A stretch of DNA of 64,000 bases, taken from NCBI RefSeq assembly GCF_001194135.2, contig NC_068987.1, forward strand, positions 15,604,059-15,668,058, written 5' to 3'. Below the pieces are notes generated by a model. The model worked only from the letters and a program-made list of their open reading frames with translations. It ran no database searches and was not told the DNA's origin. The position numbers were made by a program, and so were the translations under genes. This stretch comes from Octopus bimaculoides. Taxonomy: Eukaryota. The number at the start of each line of letters is the position of its first letter. Position 1 is the stretch's first letter. Shown piece by piece: positions 1 through 12,358 of the stretch.

Positions 1-240
1 GCGGGTGGCACATAAAAGACACCATTTCGAGCGTGGCCGTTTTCGTGCGGGTGACACGTAAAAGCACCCACTACACTCTCTGAGTGGTTGGCGTTAGGAA
101 GGGCATCAAGCTGTAGAAACTCTGCCAAATTAGACTGGAGCCTGGTGTTGCCATCCGGTTTCACCAGTCCTCAGTCAAATCGTCCAACCCATGCTAGCAT
201 GGAAAGCGGACGTTAAACGATGATGATGATGATGATGATG
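1..240 (+). mobile_element. 3' end of an abundant RTE-associated SINE/LINE with (GAT)n tail
   Basis: Ends ...gcatggaaagcggacgttaaacg(atg)n. Near-identical inverted copy at about 14305-14455; related copies at about 38365-38660, 42390-42745, 46460-46950, 58010-58260 and 58970-59420. Confidence 0.7.
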
Positions 241-242
241 TA

Positions 243-470
243 GTGGTAAGCTAGCAGAATCATTAGCACGCTGGCAAAATGCTTAGCCGCATTTTGTCTG
301 CCTTTACATTTTAAGTTCAAATGCCACCAAGGTCGACTTTGCCTTCCACTCTTTGAGGGTCAATAAAGTAAGTACCAATTAAGCACTGGGGTTAACGTAA
401 TCAACTTACTCCTCTCCCCGAACTTGCTGGCCTTGTGCCAAAATTTGAAACTACCCCATCATTATCATCG
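243..470 (+). mobile_element. SINE family 'B' (tRNA-like head, ends gccttgtgccaaaatttgaaac+(att)n)
   Basis: Recurs throughout the window, e.g. about 7060-7260(-), 36050-36510, 39880-40070(-), 43300-43510(-), 54530-55470, 61010-61215(-), 63580-63800. Confidence 0.7.
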
Positions 471-505
471 TTATTATTATTGCCATGGTTTTCAGGTCCT
501 ACAAC

Positions 506-972
506 CAGTGGCGTATGGTGGTTGTTATATCGGGTGTGACGAAAGATTGCCGGCAGAGGTAAAGAATACGTACACCACTCGTTTTTGGCGTAACAAAAAC
601 TATAACCCTAATTTTAACCCTAACCCTAAACACCGGGTGTACGCATTCTTTACTTTCGCTAGATTGCCAACAAAAGTTTTCCATTAAGATTTGTGATTAA
701 ATTAATGAGTAAGGTTAATATTTATAATGAATTTGCCATTTTCGATGGGAGTGCAGTGCACACCTAACACACCGGAATATAACAGTAAATTTTCAGATTA
801 ACACCCGCACGATCTTCACTAGGATGTTAGGGTTAGGGTTTTAGGGTCAGGGTTACGGTTAGGGTTAGGAAACTCCGTCCCTAACCCAAACCCTCACTTT
901 AACCCAAACCCTAACACCCTAGTGAAAATCGTGCGGGTGTTAATCTGAAAAGTTACCAAATATACGCCTCTG
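506..972. mobile_element. Non-autonomous TIR element containing hairpins with TTAGGG/CCCTAA-like repeats
   Basis: Ends CAGTGGCGTAT (506) and ATACGCCTCTG (972), an 11-bp inverted repeat with 1 mismatch. Internal hairpins at 559-653 and 785-956. Confidence 0.55.
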
Positions 973-1345
973 CTGCCAGCCCTCACCCAACCACATTTTG
1001 AGAGATAATAGACTTCCTATAAGTTTCTGTGTAACCATTTTACTGTGAACCATTCACACTAACAAAAATTGTTAGGATGTCGTCAATTGTCAAATCAATA
1101 GTTATCTAATGTTTTATAAACAATAAAAAGGAGCAATCAGATGCTTTACTTTCTGTAAGAATTTCATTGGAGATGAATGCTTTCTTTGAACTAATATTTT
1201 TCTATAAGACCTTTATTATAAGCATACAAATAAGATAGGAAGGTGAACATGCACTTTATGGAGCTAAAAGTACTAAATCCGAAACTACCGGCCTGAATCT
1301 GAAACTAAACTGTTGTAACCATAACATATAGGTAATGTACAAATA

Positions 1346-1620
1346 GTGGAGGCGCAATGGCCCAGTGGTTAGGGCAGCGGACTCGCGGTTTCGATTCCCA
1401 GACCGGGCGTTGTGAGTGTCTATTAAGCGAAAACACCTAAAGCTCCACGAGGCCCCGACAGGGAATGGTGGCGAACCCTGCTGTGCTCTTTCACCACAAC
1501 TTTCTCTTACTTCCTGTTTCTGTTGTGCCTGTAATTCAAAGGGTCAGCCTTGTCACACTGTGTCACGCTGAATATTCCCGAGAATTACGTGAAGGGTACA
1601 CGTGTCTGTGGAGTGCTCAG
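1346..1620 (+). mobile_element. SINE family 'A' (tRNA-derived head ggcgcaatggcccagtggttaggg...), truncated by gap
   Basis: A/B-box-like head. Other copies at about 6190-6450, 22320-22630, 30655-30880, 39060-39250, 45590-45957(-) and 47221-47540. Confidence 0.7.
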
Positions 1621-2360
1621 NNNNNNNNNNNNNNNNNNNNNNNNNNNNNNNNNNNNNNNNNNNNNNNNNNNNNNNNNNNNNNNNNNNNNNNNNNNNNNNN
1701 NNNNNNNNNNNNNNNNNNNNNNNNNNNNNNNNNNNNNNNNNNNNNNNNNNNNNNNNNNNNNNNNNNNNNNNNNNNNNNNNNNNNNNNNNNNNNNNNNNNN
1801 NNNNNNNNNNNNNNNNNNNNNNNNNNNNNNNNNNNNNNNNNNNNNNNNNNNNNNNNNNNNNNNNNNNNNNNNNNNNNNNNNNNNNNNNNNNNNNNNNNNN
1901 NNNNNNNNNNNNNNNNNNNNNNNNNNNNNNNNNNNNNNNNNNNNNNNNNNNNNNNNNNNNNNNNNNNNNNNNNNNNNNNNNNNNNNNNNNNNNNNNNNNN
2001 NNNNNNNNNNNNNNNNNNNNNNNNNNNNNNNNNNNNNNNNNNNNNNNNNNNNNNNNNNNNNNNNNNNNNNNNNNNNNNNNNNNNNNNNNNNNNNNNNNNN
2101 NNNNNNNNNNNNNNNNNNNNNNNNNNNNNNNNNNNNNNNNNNNNNNNNNNNNNNNNNNNNNNNNNNNNNNNNNNNNNNNNNNNNNNNNNNNNNNNNNNNN
2201 NNNNNNNNNNNNNNNNNNNNNNNNNNNNNNNNNNNNNNNNNNNNNNNNNNNNNNNNNNNNNNNNNNNNNNNNNNNNNNNNNNNNNNNNNNNNNNNNNNNN
2301 NNNNNNNNNNNNNNNNNNNNNNNNNNNNNNNNNNNNNNNNNNNNNNNNNNNNNNNNNNNN
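1621..2360. other. Assembly gap (N). Other gaps: 10063-10081, 25286-25675, 30646-30655, 46690-46699, 61918-62042
   Basis: Runs of N. Confidence 1.
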
Positions 2361-3951
2361 NAAAAAAAAAAAAAAAATTTAAAAGGGGGGGGTATACCCA
2401 GATTACATATACTCCATCTCCACCCATATTTGTATCCTTTTTCTGAAGATAGCAGGGTGTGTGATTTGAGAGAGAGTTGACTGCTATCTCGACAGTATAC
2501 AGTTTACCCATGCGTGCAAACGCAAGAGACGCATATTTTTCGTCTTGGCAACAGCTCGGTTGATTCACAAATAAATAAGAGTGCCTCAAAAGTCATTAGA
2601 GAGGTTTCCCAGCGCCCTAAAACTTTCTATGATACTATAACAATTTATTGTTGGGTTTCTATTGATTAAATAAAGTTCAACCATAAAATTTGAGAAATAA
2701 GCAAAACTATAGGCTTATAGTGTTTGTGATTTTAACTTGGAAGAGCGGAGTTTTGAAAATTCACAGCTTTCTTCCTAAAAGTTTCACTTAAATAAGAAAC
2801 AGAATGATACGTTGTGACAGGTATCGGGTATAAAGTTCATTTTTAAATAGGAACTGCAAGCCGGTGTCGATTTAAGTACCCGAGGGTGCATACAGGGTTC
2901 CACTTCTTGTTGCCTTCTAAAAACTCAGCTAGAAATCTTGACTACATTTATTGTCCTGGATTAAGAAAACGGTAAAATATACTGATTTCTTACAAAGGTA
3001 CAAACCACACATTTGTAGGAGAAAAATGGTTGTACAACACGCATGATCTTCTCGTAAGTATTATGTAAATCAAACTGAGTTGTGAAGTAGTTTATCAGAG
3101 TTTAAGGGGAGGGACTATCGCTTGTCATAAATTGCCGAAATAAATTATAATGCGTGTTTTCATTAATACAGCAAAATAAAATTTGCCTTTAACTACTAAT
3201 GTGTATTCGTCAATCTATAAGCACCTAATCATTTGTATCGCAATACCGTTTAACTACACATACATTACTACCATAATAAGACTTCTAATCTGTGACAACT
3301 TGTTGGCACCATTATATAATATCTGTTTATTATTCAGAGCCAGTGAGGGGAGTTTCTACGTGGTTGTTCACAACCCGTTAGCAATAGCAGCTAAATCTCT
3401 CTTAAATGACAAATACTGTGAACCGCCTTTAAAAATTAAAGGACATCAGATATTGTGGTCTTGGATACATTATGTCAGACAATAGATGAGATGTTCGCGT
3501 TCAGAATACCTTTTGATCATAAGCATACTTAATCAACGCTGACCAAGGGCTAAAGAACTGCAATGAAACAATCATTGCAAGCATACCAGATATTTTTTTA
3601 CGAGAAAAAAGATATTATATAATCGAAGGAACAGAGCTCAGTATATGATCGGTACTTATTTTACTAACCAGAAAAAGACAGCTTTAACATGTTTTTAAAG
3701 CATGAAGTCATACATAGACGACTAAGAATTGAAACTATACCACCGGCTTTCGTATCAAATAGAGGTTATTATATAAACATAAATAGATGCCATCCTATTC
3801 ATTATCTTGTTCGGTGTTATTTTAGGCATAACATTAAAAGTAAACAAATGACAATTTTATACATCGTGCAATAAAACAAGAAACATAAAAAGCAGAATAA
3901 ACCAGTCAAATAACAGATTTCCCCCCACCGTTTTCAAATGTCTCAACTCAC

Positions 3952-4087
3952 CCAGCTGGCTTCTTTCTACACCCGTAGAATTAATAACATCTGGCAGGAC
4001 AAAAGTAAAAGATTTCCGAACGAAAACACTCAAACCATATCCGATAAAGAGACTGGCAAGCTGTAACAACTGTCGAAAATTAGCCAT
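3952..4087 (-). CDS. SLC37A4: Glucose-6-phosphate transporter (SLC37A4/G6PT-like, MFS), first coding exon; later exons not found in the window
   Basis: MANFRQLLQLASLFIGYGLSVFVRKSFTFVLPDVINSTGVERSQL+G resembles human G6PT [32 protein letters not shown]. Ends at a phase-1 GTGAGT donor at the homologous Gly codon (136 nt). Exon 2 may lie in the 1621-2360 gap or left of the window. Confidence 0.8.
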
Positions 4088-6509
4088 AGCTATGTCTCAA
4101 CAAATAAAATATTTTAAGGAGAAAATATCAAAACCTAAATTTTCAAATCATTCAACAGCATTTAAGACGTTCATCGTATGAATGAATGGTGTTACAAGCA
4201 TCGTCATGATTAAAATGTCACAAACTCCTTGCCACAAGAAACGACGGTCGAACTGATGATCAGAGGTGAAGCTTTTCGTCATCTCGTAAACAAGTTGCTA
4301 AATTAGCTTATCGATTCGACAAGGTTTATTTATGATTGTATGACAGAAGCAGTAGAGATGATCGTTAATTTCATTACCACTACTTTTTTTTTTTATGTAT
4401 TGTATTTATCAATCTCCTTCTCTTGTCTTTTACTTTCTTTCTTCCAGTGATGAGTCATTCGTTATCGGCATTTTAATGTTGTGTATTTTATATTTCAATG
4501 TGAGGCGGTTTTTTTTTATTATTCGTTACATACACACACATTGTTATTCTTTCACTCTTTCCAGGTCATTGTACAGATGTGCTGAGGCCAGGCTGGGGTT
4601 TTTAGTTGAAAGTATCAATATCCAGTGTAGTCCCGATGAATTTGAGAAAAAGAATACTGTTATAGACACTTGAAATTAATTGAAAACACTCATAAACAGT
4701 AAACAATGTTTTAAAATTCTGTTTGTGTAGCGAGGGAAACAAGAGCATCAGTAGTTTCACTTTGGCAACCACTGAGGAATATAATATAAACAACACGGGT
4801 TAATACATATATAATGTGAGTGTGTGTGTATGAAATTTGAAATGTAACGTAGGGTATAAACTTCTGATAAATATACAGGTTTAAGATTGCTCTAAATAGT
4901 AAACAAGTAGTTTCACCATAGTTTCTCGTCTCTCCGCGGATAGAGAAAAAAGTGAAAGTCTATGGAAATTAGACGAATCAGTGCAGCTGAGTTCAAATTT
5001 GGATATCCTATAAATAACTATAAAGTAGAAGACTCGCCGATTACATAAAGCTGATAGTTTTTGTCCGTGAAATTTCTAAATAGATTCCTCTGTTTTCGTC
5101 TGTCCCTGAAAGGATATCCGCGGTGTAACCACTTTATTTATTTTCGTTTCACTACAAAGCTGTGTTACGTCGAGCGAAAAAGAGAAAAAAACTTTGTGTA
5201 GTGCAATAATTAATTTTCGTATGAGTATGTCGTCTTTCAGATGGTAGATTTGGCTGTTATTTCTAGTTAATCAAGTGCTTGCCTAATTCTGTCATGGGGA
5301 ATCTGCAGTCCATATGACTTTATCAAGAGTATGCCTAACGAAAAGTTACTAGTAGCGCGGCCATCTGCTAAGTCAATTTTCATGCGGCCCGCTTCTCAAA
5401 AAAGGTTGCCCATGCCTGACCGAAATGTTCAACCGTGGACTCGATAAATCCCAAGTTTAACGAGAAACTTTTGAGTGGTGACAGAATGGATCATCAGGTT
5501 CGAACATCTAATGGGTAATTTAGATTGAACGACAGAATAACCAGAATTAGCACTCCATCCGTATTTCTGCATATCCAAAAGGGAGATTGTAAGGAAAGCT
5601 CGTATTTACAGTCCGAATTTCATTTGGTTGAACTCAACAGTTGGGCAGGCCACAGAATATATACAGAAAGCAAAGCAAATGCAGAAGACTTTGTTCATAA
5701 AATATTTAGTTACATACTAAGTATTTTAAGAACCAAACACTCATCTATTCTGTGTTTCTCTCCTACTATACATACACACACAATATGTATTTATGTATCA
5801 AACATATTTTAAACTATTGGTGTCATTGTATAAGTTGCTAAACCTGTTCAACTTGTAATAAGTACTTTTCAATCTTTTGTTATTTAGTGACTTCTTTTTA
5901 TGGAATGCATTTTACAAACACACACTTGTCATGTTTTGGAATTAAAAACAAAAGGTTAATTTTGCACAATGGTTTATTATGCACATTGCTTTATTATCCA
6001 GTAAGAACAGATGTGCCTATGTGGTTAAAAAACTTACTTTCTAACCATGTGGTCTCAGGTTCAGTTCCACTGCAGAGCACTTTGAACAAACGTTTTCTCT
6101 TTATAAGCTGAGGGTTTGTGAGTGGATTTGGCAGACGGAAACTGAAAGTAGCTCATTGTATAGATATGTCCTGTGATTAGTGGATTTGGTGTGGAGGCCC
6201 AGTGGTTAGGATCGCGGTTTCGATTCCCAAACCGGGCGTTGTGAGTGTTTATTAAGGGAAAACACCTAAAGCTCCACGAGGCTCCGGCAGGGGATGGTGG
6301 CGAACCCTGCTGTACCCTTTCACCACAACTTACTCTTACTTCCTGTTTCTGTTGTGCCTGTAATTCAAAGGGTCAGCTGAATATCCCAGAGAACTACGTT
6401 AAGGGTACACGTGTCTTTGGAGTGCTCAGCCACTTGCACGTTAATTTCACTAAAATAATAACCCCTTTCCCTCAGAATACAATAAACACCACAGCATTAA
6501 TAACTTTCT

Positions 6510-6790
6510 GAAAGATCTTTTTCATGCTCAGGATTGTTAAAACATAGGATAAACTCTATGCCTCGGTTGTTTATTGTCAGGACACTGTATCCTTCAAAAA
6601 TTCCATACTTTCTGAAATTTGCCAACACTATTCCTTTTAAACCTCTGCATCTTTTCCTCCATTTATCGCTTTTAAAGTTCAGTTTTCTGCCTTTTTGTGT
6701 TTTCTCCTGTGTACTATATGTAGCTCTCATTACTTTCTTACTTTACATGATTTCTTGATACTTTTTGTGTGGCCTTTTACCCTTTATTCA
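6510..6790 (+). mobile_element. Decayed CR1-type LINE 3' end
   Basis: Aligns by eye to the reverse complement of 50641-50956 (…tccttcaaaa…ttccatactt…gccaacact). Confidence 0.55.
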
Positions 6791-7361
6791 ATGATTGTAG
6801 TACACATGAGCACTGCATATGATAAGTTTGGTGAGCTGGATGGTTAATCGACTAACCGATTCCCTCAAAAACTGTACCAAAATTTGAAATCTATATTTCT
6901 TCCAACTCTTTCCATCCTGAGTTCCAATCCTCCTGAGGTCAACTTTGCCTTTTATTCTTCTAGGGTCGATAAAATAAAGTACTAGTGTAGTAAGTAGTGA
7001 GATCGATGGTAAGGACTTGGCTCCTCCCCTCAAATTCCTGGCCTTGTGCCTCAATCAGAAAATATTGGTTTCAAACTTTGGCACAAGGCCTGCAACTTTG
7101 GAGGAGAGGGTAAGTCAATTACCTCGATTCCAGTGATCTACTGGTACTTATTTTATCAGTCTCAAAAGGATGAAAGGCAAAGCCAACCCTCGGTGGAACT
7201 TGAACTCAGAACATAGACAGACGAAATACCGCTAGGCATTTCGTCCGGCGTGCCTTTGTCAGCTAATGATTATTAAAATTCTTTAAAATGGTTACAAGGG
7301 AAATAACTCCAACAGCCAAAGTGACTTTTCCATTTACACCGGTGTTTGTGATCCTGCAGAC

Positions 7362-7484
7362 ATGTTTCGACCGTTGTTTCCAGCTCTTGTTCCAAAAGCA
7401 GTGGATCCTTTCTGGTTTCCCGTTGATAAACCTTGCCTCGATGAATCTGAAATAAGTGCACTGGAAGCTGATTACAACAACTGG
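7362..7484 (+). CDS. ANAPC15: APC/C subunit 15, coding exon 1
   Basis: MFRPLFPALVPKAVDPFWFPVDKPCLDESEISALEADYNNW resembles human [46 protein letters not shown] donor. Acceptor cctgcAG at 7359, 2 nt before the ATG, implies an upstream non-coding exon. Confidence 0.9.
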
Positions 7485-10400
7485 GTGAGCATTTCCGACA
7501 TGCGTAAATTAGATATTATTTAAATCTGCTCAATCAGTGCCAACATACGATCAAAAGCGTTTTAGCCAAGAATCAGCCATTCTTTATTATTTTTTTTTTT
7601 TGTTCAGGTATTGCATACCTTACATGAATTGTTCCTAAATTTAATTTGTCGTCGAACCCCTTATAAGATTTTTTATAAAATCGCTGAAGCCTTATAAATA
7701 GAATAGGCATAAACTCGCCACTAACTTCAATAATTTTTATGAAACATTTGTTTAGAATGAAAACTGTAAACATCGTCTCCCAACACGTTGTCACTGTTAC
7801 TCCATGTAATTTTTTTTTTTTTACACTGAATCATTCAATTTAGTTTGTAAGATCCTTGGTCAGAGTACAACATAATCTGAAACACATTGATTTAATGTAA
7901 TGCAATAATAGATTTGGTCATGATTCCCTAGGAAATGTTTATGAAGTATAGTTAATATTATTTTTTGTGTGTAAAGGTAGCGAACTGACAGAACTGTTTT
8001 TAAAAAATGGTTAGCGGTACTTCTTCCGACTCATGTTCTGATTTCAAATTCGGCTTCCCTTTCATCCTTCTGAATTCGATAAGTACCAGTTAATCAACTT
8101 ATCCTGCCCCACGGAGTTGCTGGCCTTGTGCCAAAATTTGAAACCACTATTATTGTGCGTAAAAAGTTTAAAATTTTTGACATTTTGTTTCTTATGCATT
8201 TTATGGGTATATTTTAAAACAATATAACTATTTCGAAAATGGCGAATGCCATATTTTAATAAATTTTAAATTCTCATTTCCAAAGAAATTCTTTTTCTTG
8301 CAATACCGTACCGTCTTAGGGAAACACTACTCACTTGTACATTATAAAATGTCTTGGATATGTTTTTTTTTTTTTATGGCATTGTAGAATGTGAATGGAA
8401 CGAAATTTTGCTCCCATTTCTAGCAGGTTGAACGACCAAATACTTCTAAAAATAAATTCTTAATTTACCAAAATAATTTCAGTTGCCATTCTTGAAAATT
8501 TTAAGAACGTAATAAAAATACTTTTTGACATCCAGAGATGTCAGCATGTTTTTTATTCATGAGAAGGGAGTATATTAAAAGGAATCCAAGAACTGTTTGT
8601 GTTATGAATCTCTCACTATATATATATATATATGTATGTGAGAGAGAGAGAGAGAGAAAAGGTTATATTTGTTATTTGAAGAGAGAGTGGGAGAAAAACA
8701 TGCCGTGGTTTTAAACACAAACACTTCTTGCATTATATGAAGAACAGAGCTGACGTCTCTGGCTGTAGCAAATGAAAAACAAACAAAAACTTCAAAGTTG
8801 ACACTGATGATTTCATGAAATTATGTATATTTTTTAATAGTTCTACTTAATAGATATAGTGACAAATTTGATGCTTAATTTGAATATGAATAGTAACTAT
8901 TTTGATTTTAATAAATCAATTTGGTTAGTATACTTTGACTTAATGTTTTGTTTTTTAACTAGTGTGAATGTGTATTTAAATTATTGAAGGTATGTTATAC
9001 GGTAGAAGGAATATTATTTTCACTGATATTTTGAATGGATGTTTCCGTTAGAAACATCGAGTCATCTGTTTTGCTTGAAACGTGGTCGCCATGTTTAAAT
9101 GTTTTGAAGAAATTCGTTTACCGTTTGTATTGTTTTTTTTCCCCCCCGAATGAATGGAGAATGTATAAAAACATCGTGGTTCTCCTGAAATAGTGAAACG
9201 AAAACGCAATTTTGTTTATAAAAATACTTTCTTTTTAAAAGGACACGTATTACTAGGAAAGAAAAACATTTAGGCAACTTATAAGAATTTAATTAGAAAT
9301 TTTTCTACTTCTATTCAATGGTTTCTTTAAGCCCAGTATTATTTATAGCTTTATCTACTTCGAGTTCCACGATTAAAAACTATTAATTTTATATTATGGC
9401 GTATGGGAGCCATCAATACTTTAGTTTTATAAACGTTTGTATCGTGAGAAAAATGCATTTAAATAAAAAGTATTTAATTAAAAATACATTAAAACCTAAA
9501 ATGCAAAAATTTATAAGAATCATCAGAAATTATGGGCTTCCTATATTTGCAACCACAGTAATTCGCCCTCTATAGTAAACAATATTTGATTTTTGTTTTG
9601 ATAGTTCAGAAAATAAAGAAGAAAAAACGTTATTATTAAACACTCCTCATGTTCTAAAAAAAGAAAAAAGCCGTTTTCTCCTAAGTACCTCTAAAAAACA
9701 TTCGAAAATGTAAAACTTGAACGTTTCTTCTTCCAATACCAAACATTATTTTAAAATTTTCCTTTGAAGCGATTTCACAACATTCAGTATTTCAGGTATG
9801 GCTCTCAGCATCGGATGAAATAACAAACTGTTGGACATATACTTCTATGAAATGTTGATAAATTCTGTTTTGTATTTAAACAATATCGTTGTATGCTCTC
9901 CACCCGTCGAAGAATATAAGACGTACATGCTCCGATTTTACTCCACGATCTTAAATAATCAACAATGTACGCCAGTGCTTCTTTGCCATGACTATTTAAT
10001 CGAACAATGTTTTCGTGTTTTACCAGATTTTGTGTGACCCCCAACGCATTACTCAATTTAATNNNNNNNNNNNNNNNNNNNAAATAATCAACAATGTACG
10101 CCAGTGCTTCTTTGCCATGACTATTTAATCGAACAATGTTTTCGTGTTTTACCAGATTTTGTGTGACCCCCAACGCATTACTCAATTTAATACTTCTATC
10201 GTTGGCCCTTGAATGCCTTTGACTGATTCCAGCCTGTTGCAAGTATTCGACCAGGTCCCTTATCAGAGGCTAGATAACACAATGTATTACTATACTACTT
10301 TCTGTTACAGAAACCCATGGGTCGCTTTTCCACCAAGAAAGAGTCATAAATTCGAGTCTACCTTTTCTGACTAAACCTTAAAAAAAAAGTAAATGTTTTT

Positions 10401-11582
10401 TTTATTGAAGAAAGACTGGAGTCTTTGTATTTTCTACCACAGATGGCAAACGATTAAAAAGGGAAACCATTCTGCTGGCAAACTGCATCTGTAGCTGGTT
10501 TTGATCCTTAGTCGGAACCATTTTATTTCTCTTGCATTACTTCTCTCTCTCCCTCACTCTCTCTCTCTTTCTCTCTCTCTCTCGCTCGAAGATCTTTTAG
10601 ATTTTTAATTTGGCTTTACTTAAAATACTTCATTTAAAAGGGACCGCTCAATGTTGACTTCATCTTATCAGTCTACCTGAAAATATACGATCCATTGAAG
10701 AAACTTACGTGGGTACACAGCATATATATTGTTTGAAATAGCTGCTAAATCTACTTCAAATCACACCCTGCTGTTGAAAAAATGGAAGGACACAGTGAAA
10801 ATAAATAGAATGATCATATTGAAAACTAACTTTTGGTTATACAACAACATAAAAACGAAAGCAGCCAGAGAGGGGTCTCCTAATGGGATACAGAACATTT
10901 CAACAGATTGGATGTCCCACATTACTCCATTGTTTCATATCAGTCATTAAGGATGCTGATAAATTTCTCTAATACATTAGATTTAGTAAGACAAATGGAA
11001 TAACTTTTATATTTTTATAACAAAGACTATCAAAATCATTTTCTTTAACCCTTTGCCTATCTTGAGCATTTACATAAACTTCTCCTAAACATCCATGCTT
11101 GTCTTCAAACTTTTAATTAACTCTTGCGTCATGCGTTCTGGGTAATATAAAACTTCCTTTCATAAGTCCCAAATTGGGAACGTGTATCCTACATGATGCT
11201 AGGACACAAGGGAATTATGTCTTGTGTGTCACATGTGATACACAGGATAAGCAAGAGTTACAATTACACTGACAAGTGATGTCCATTGAAAACATTTTTG
11301 ATTCATTATTAACTTCATCTTCACACATGTTTCAGTATTTTAAAACTTGTCCAGCTTTGTACTGTTAGGAAGCACAAGCACTTCTGCCTACCAAATTCAA
11401 TCACAAGGTTTCGGTTGGCCTGAGGCTATAGCAGGAGACACTTGCCTGAGGTGCCAAGCAGTGGGACTGAACCCAAAACCATGTGGCTAGAAAGCAAGCT
11501 TCCTAAACACATAGCCATGTATTGTTAATTATTCTATTTATTATCATTTGTCATTTTTTGAATGTATTCTTTTTAATTTTAG

Positions 11583-11642
11583 GCTCAGAGCGTCGGTGAT
11601 AAAGACAATGCTATAGTACCAATAGGGAAAACTGCCCAGGAG
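11583..11642 (+). CDS. ANAPC15: APC/C subunit 15, coding exon 2
   Basis: AG/GT-bounded, 60 nt, phase 0-0: AQSVGDKDNAIVPIGKTAQE vs human [20 protein letters not shown]. Confidence 0.92.
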
Positions 11643-12244
11643 GTAAACACTTTTTCTTTACTCTGTTATTTGCTGTTGTTTATCCCCTAATTCAATCCCT
11701 GGCGTATAAGTGATGTAGATCAGTGGTTCCCAAAGTGGGTGGTGGAAAGATTAGGGACAGTTGCGTTGAAGAATAATGGGGTGACCAAAACAGGGCAATA
11801 GATGTGAAAAAAAAGCACACAATAAAGAGTTAATTAGGTAAGTTTTATTTGTGAAATACTGTTGTTTTGAATTTGCTGCAGAAAATGGTTTGTCTGTGAT
11901 GGTGAGGGTGAGTGGGGCACTAAGAATGTGGCCTTAGTACCAAGGCGGCAGCAGCCTAAAAAAGTTTGGGAACCACTGATCTAGATCACAATATTGGAAG
12001 AAATGTCACTAATCATGTCACTAACAATTCTGCCGGCTTACCACCTTCATGAACTTTGGACCATTATTGTGTATATGGATTGTGCCATCCACAGTTTTGC
12101 TGTGTCGAACATCAAAACTCGAGCGTTTGATCCTGTCAGTGTTTTGACATTTATAGTGTTGCATATTTCCCCCACCAACATTTCCTTTCATTTTGTGATG
12201 CTTCTGTGGATGTTGCTTACTCTGTTTTCACTTACTTTACTCAG

Positions 12245-12358
12245 CATTATGATGAAGAAGAAGAAGAAGAGGAGGAGGAAGAAGTTGATGATGAGAGTGA
12301 CACTAATGATGATGAACTTGACACAGATATGGTTGATGACAGGGATTCTGCCGATGAT
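12245..12358 (+). CDS. ANAPC15: APC/C subunit 15, coding exon 3 (acidic tract)
   Basis: tcAG|CATTAT...GATGAT|GTGAGT, 114 nt: HYDEEEEEEEEEEVDDESDTNDDELDTDMVDDRDSADD, matching the human HYDDEEEE... acidic region. Confidence 0.9.

Noticed and set aside
600-915. Telomere or chromosome end
   Set aside because: The repeats are short, degenerate, in both orientations and embedded in hairpins with ordinary sequence on both sides.
1465-2589. Long ORFs of about 300 aa
   Set aside because: They consist of X from the N gap; the same applies to ORFs at 25180-25812 (beyond the real exon 1) and 61781-62195.
9953-10191. Apparent 110-nt tandem duplication around a 19-N gap (gives the repeated segment in ORF 9805..10242)
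   Set aside because: Identical sequence on both sides of a small gap is the usual signature of unmerged overlapping contig ends.
10672-10708. Possible exon LPENIRSIEETY upstream of ANAPC15 exon 2
   Set aside because: The true homologous exon is 7362-7484; the phase is incompatible with it.
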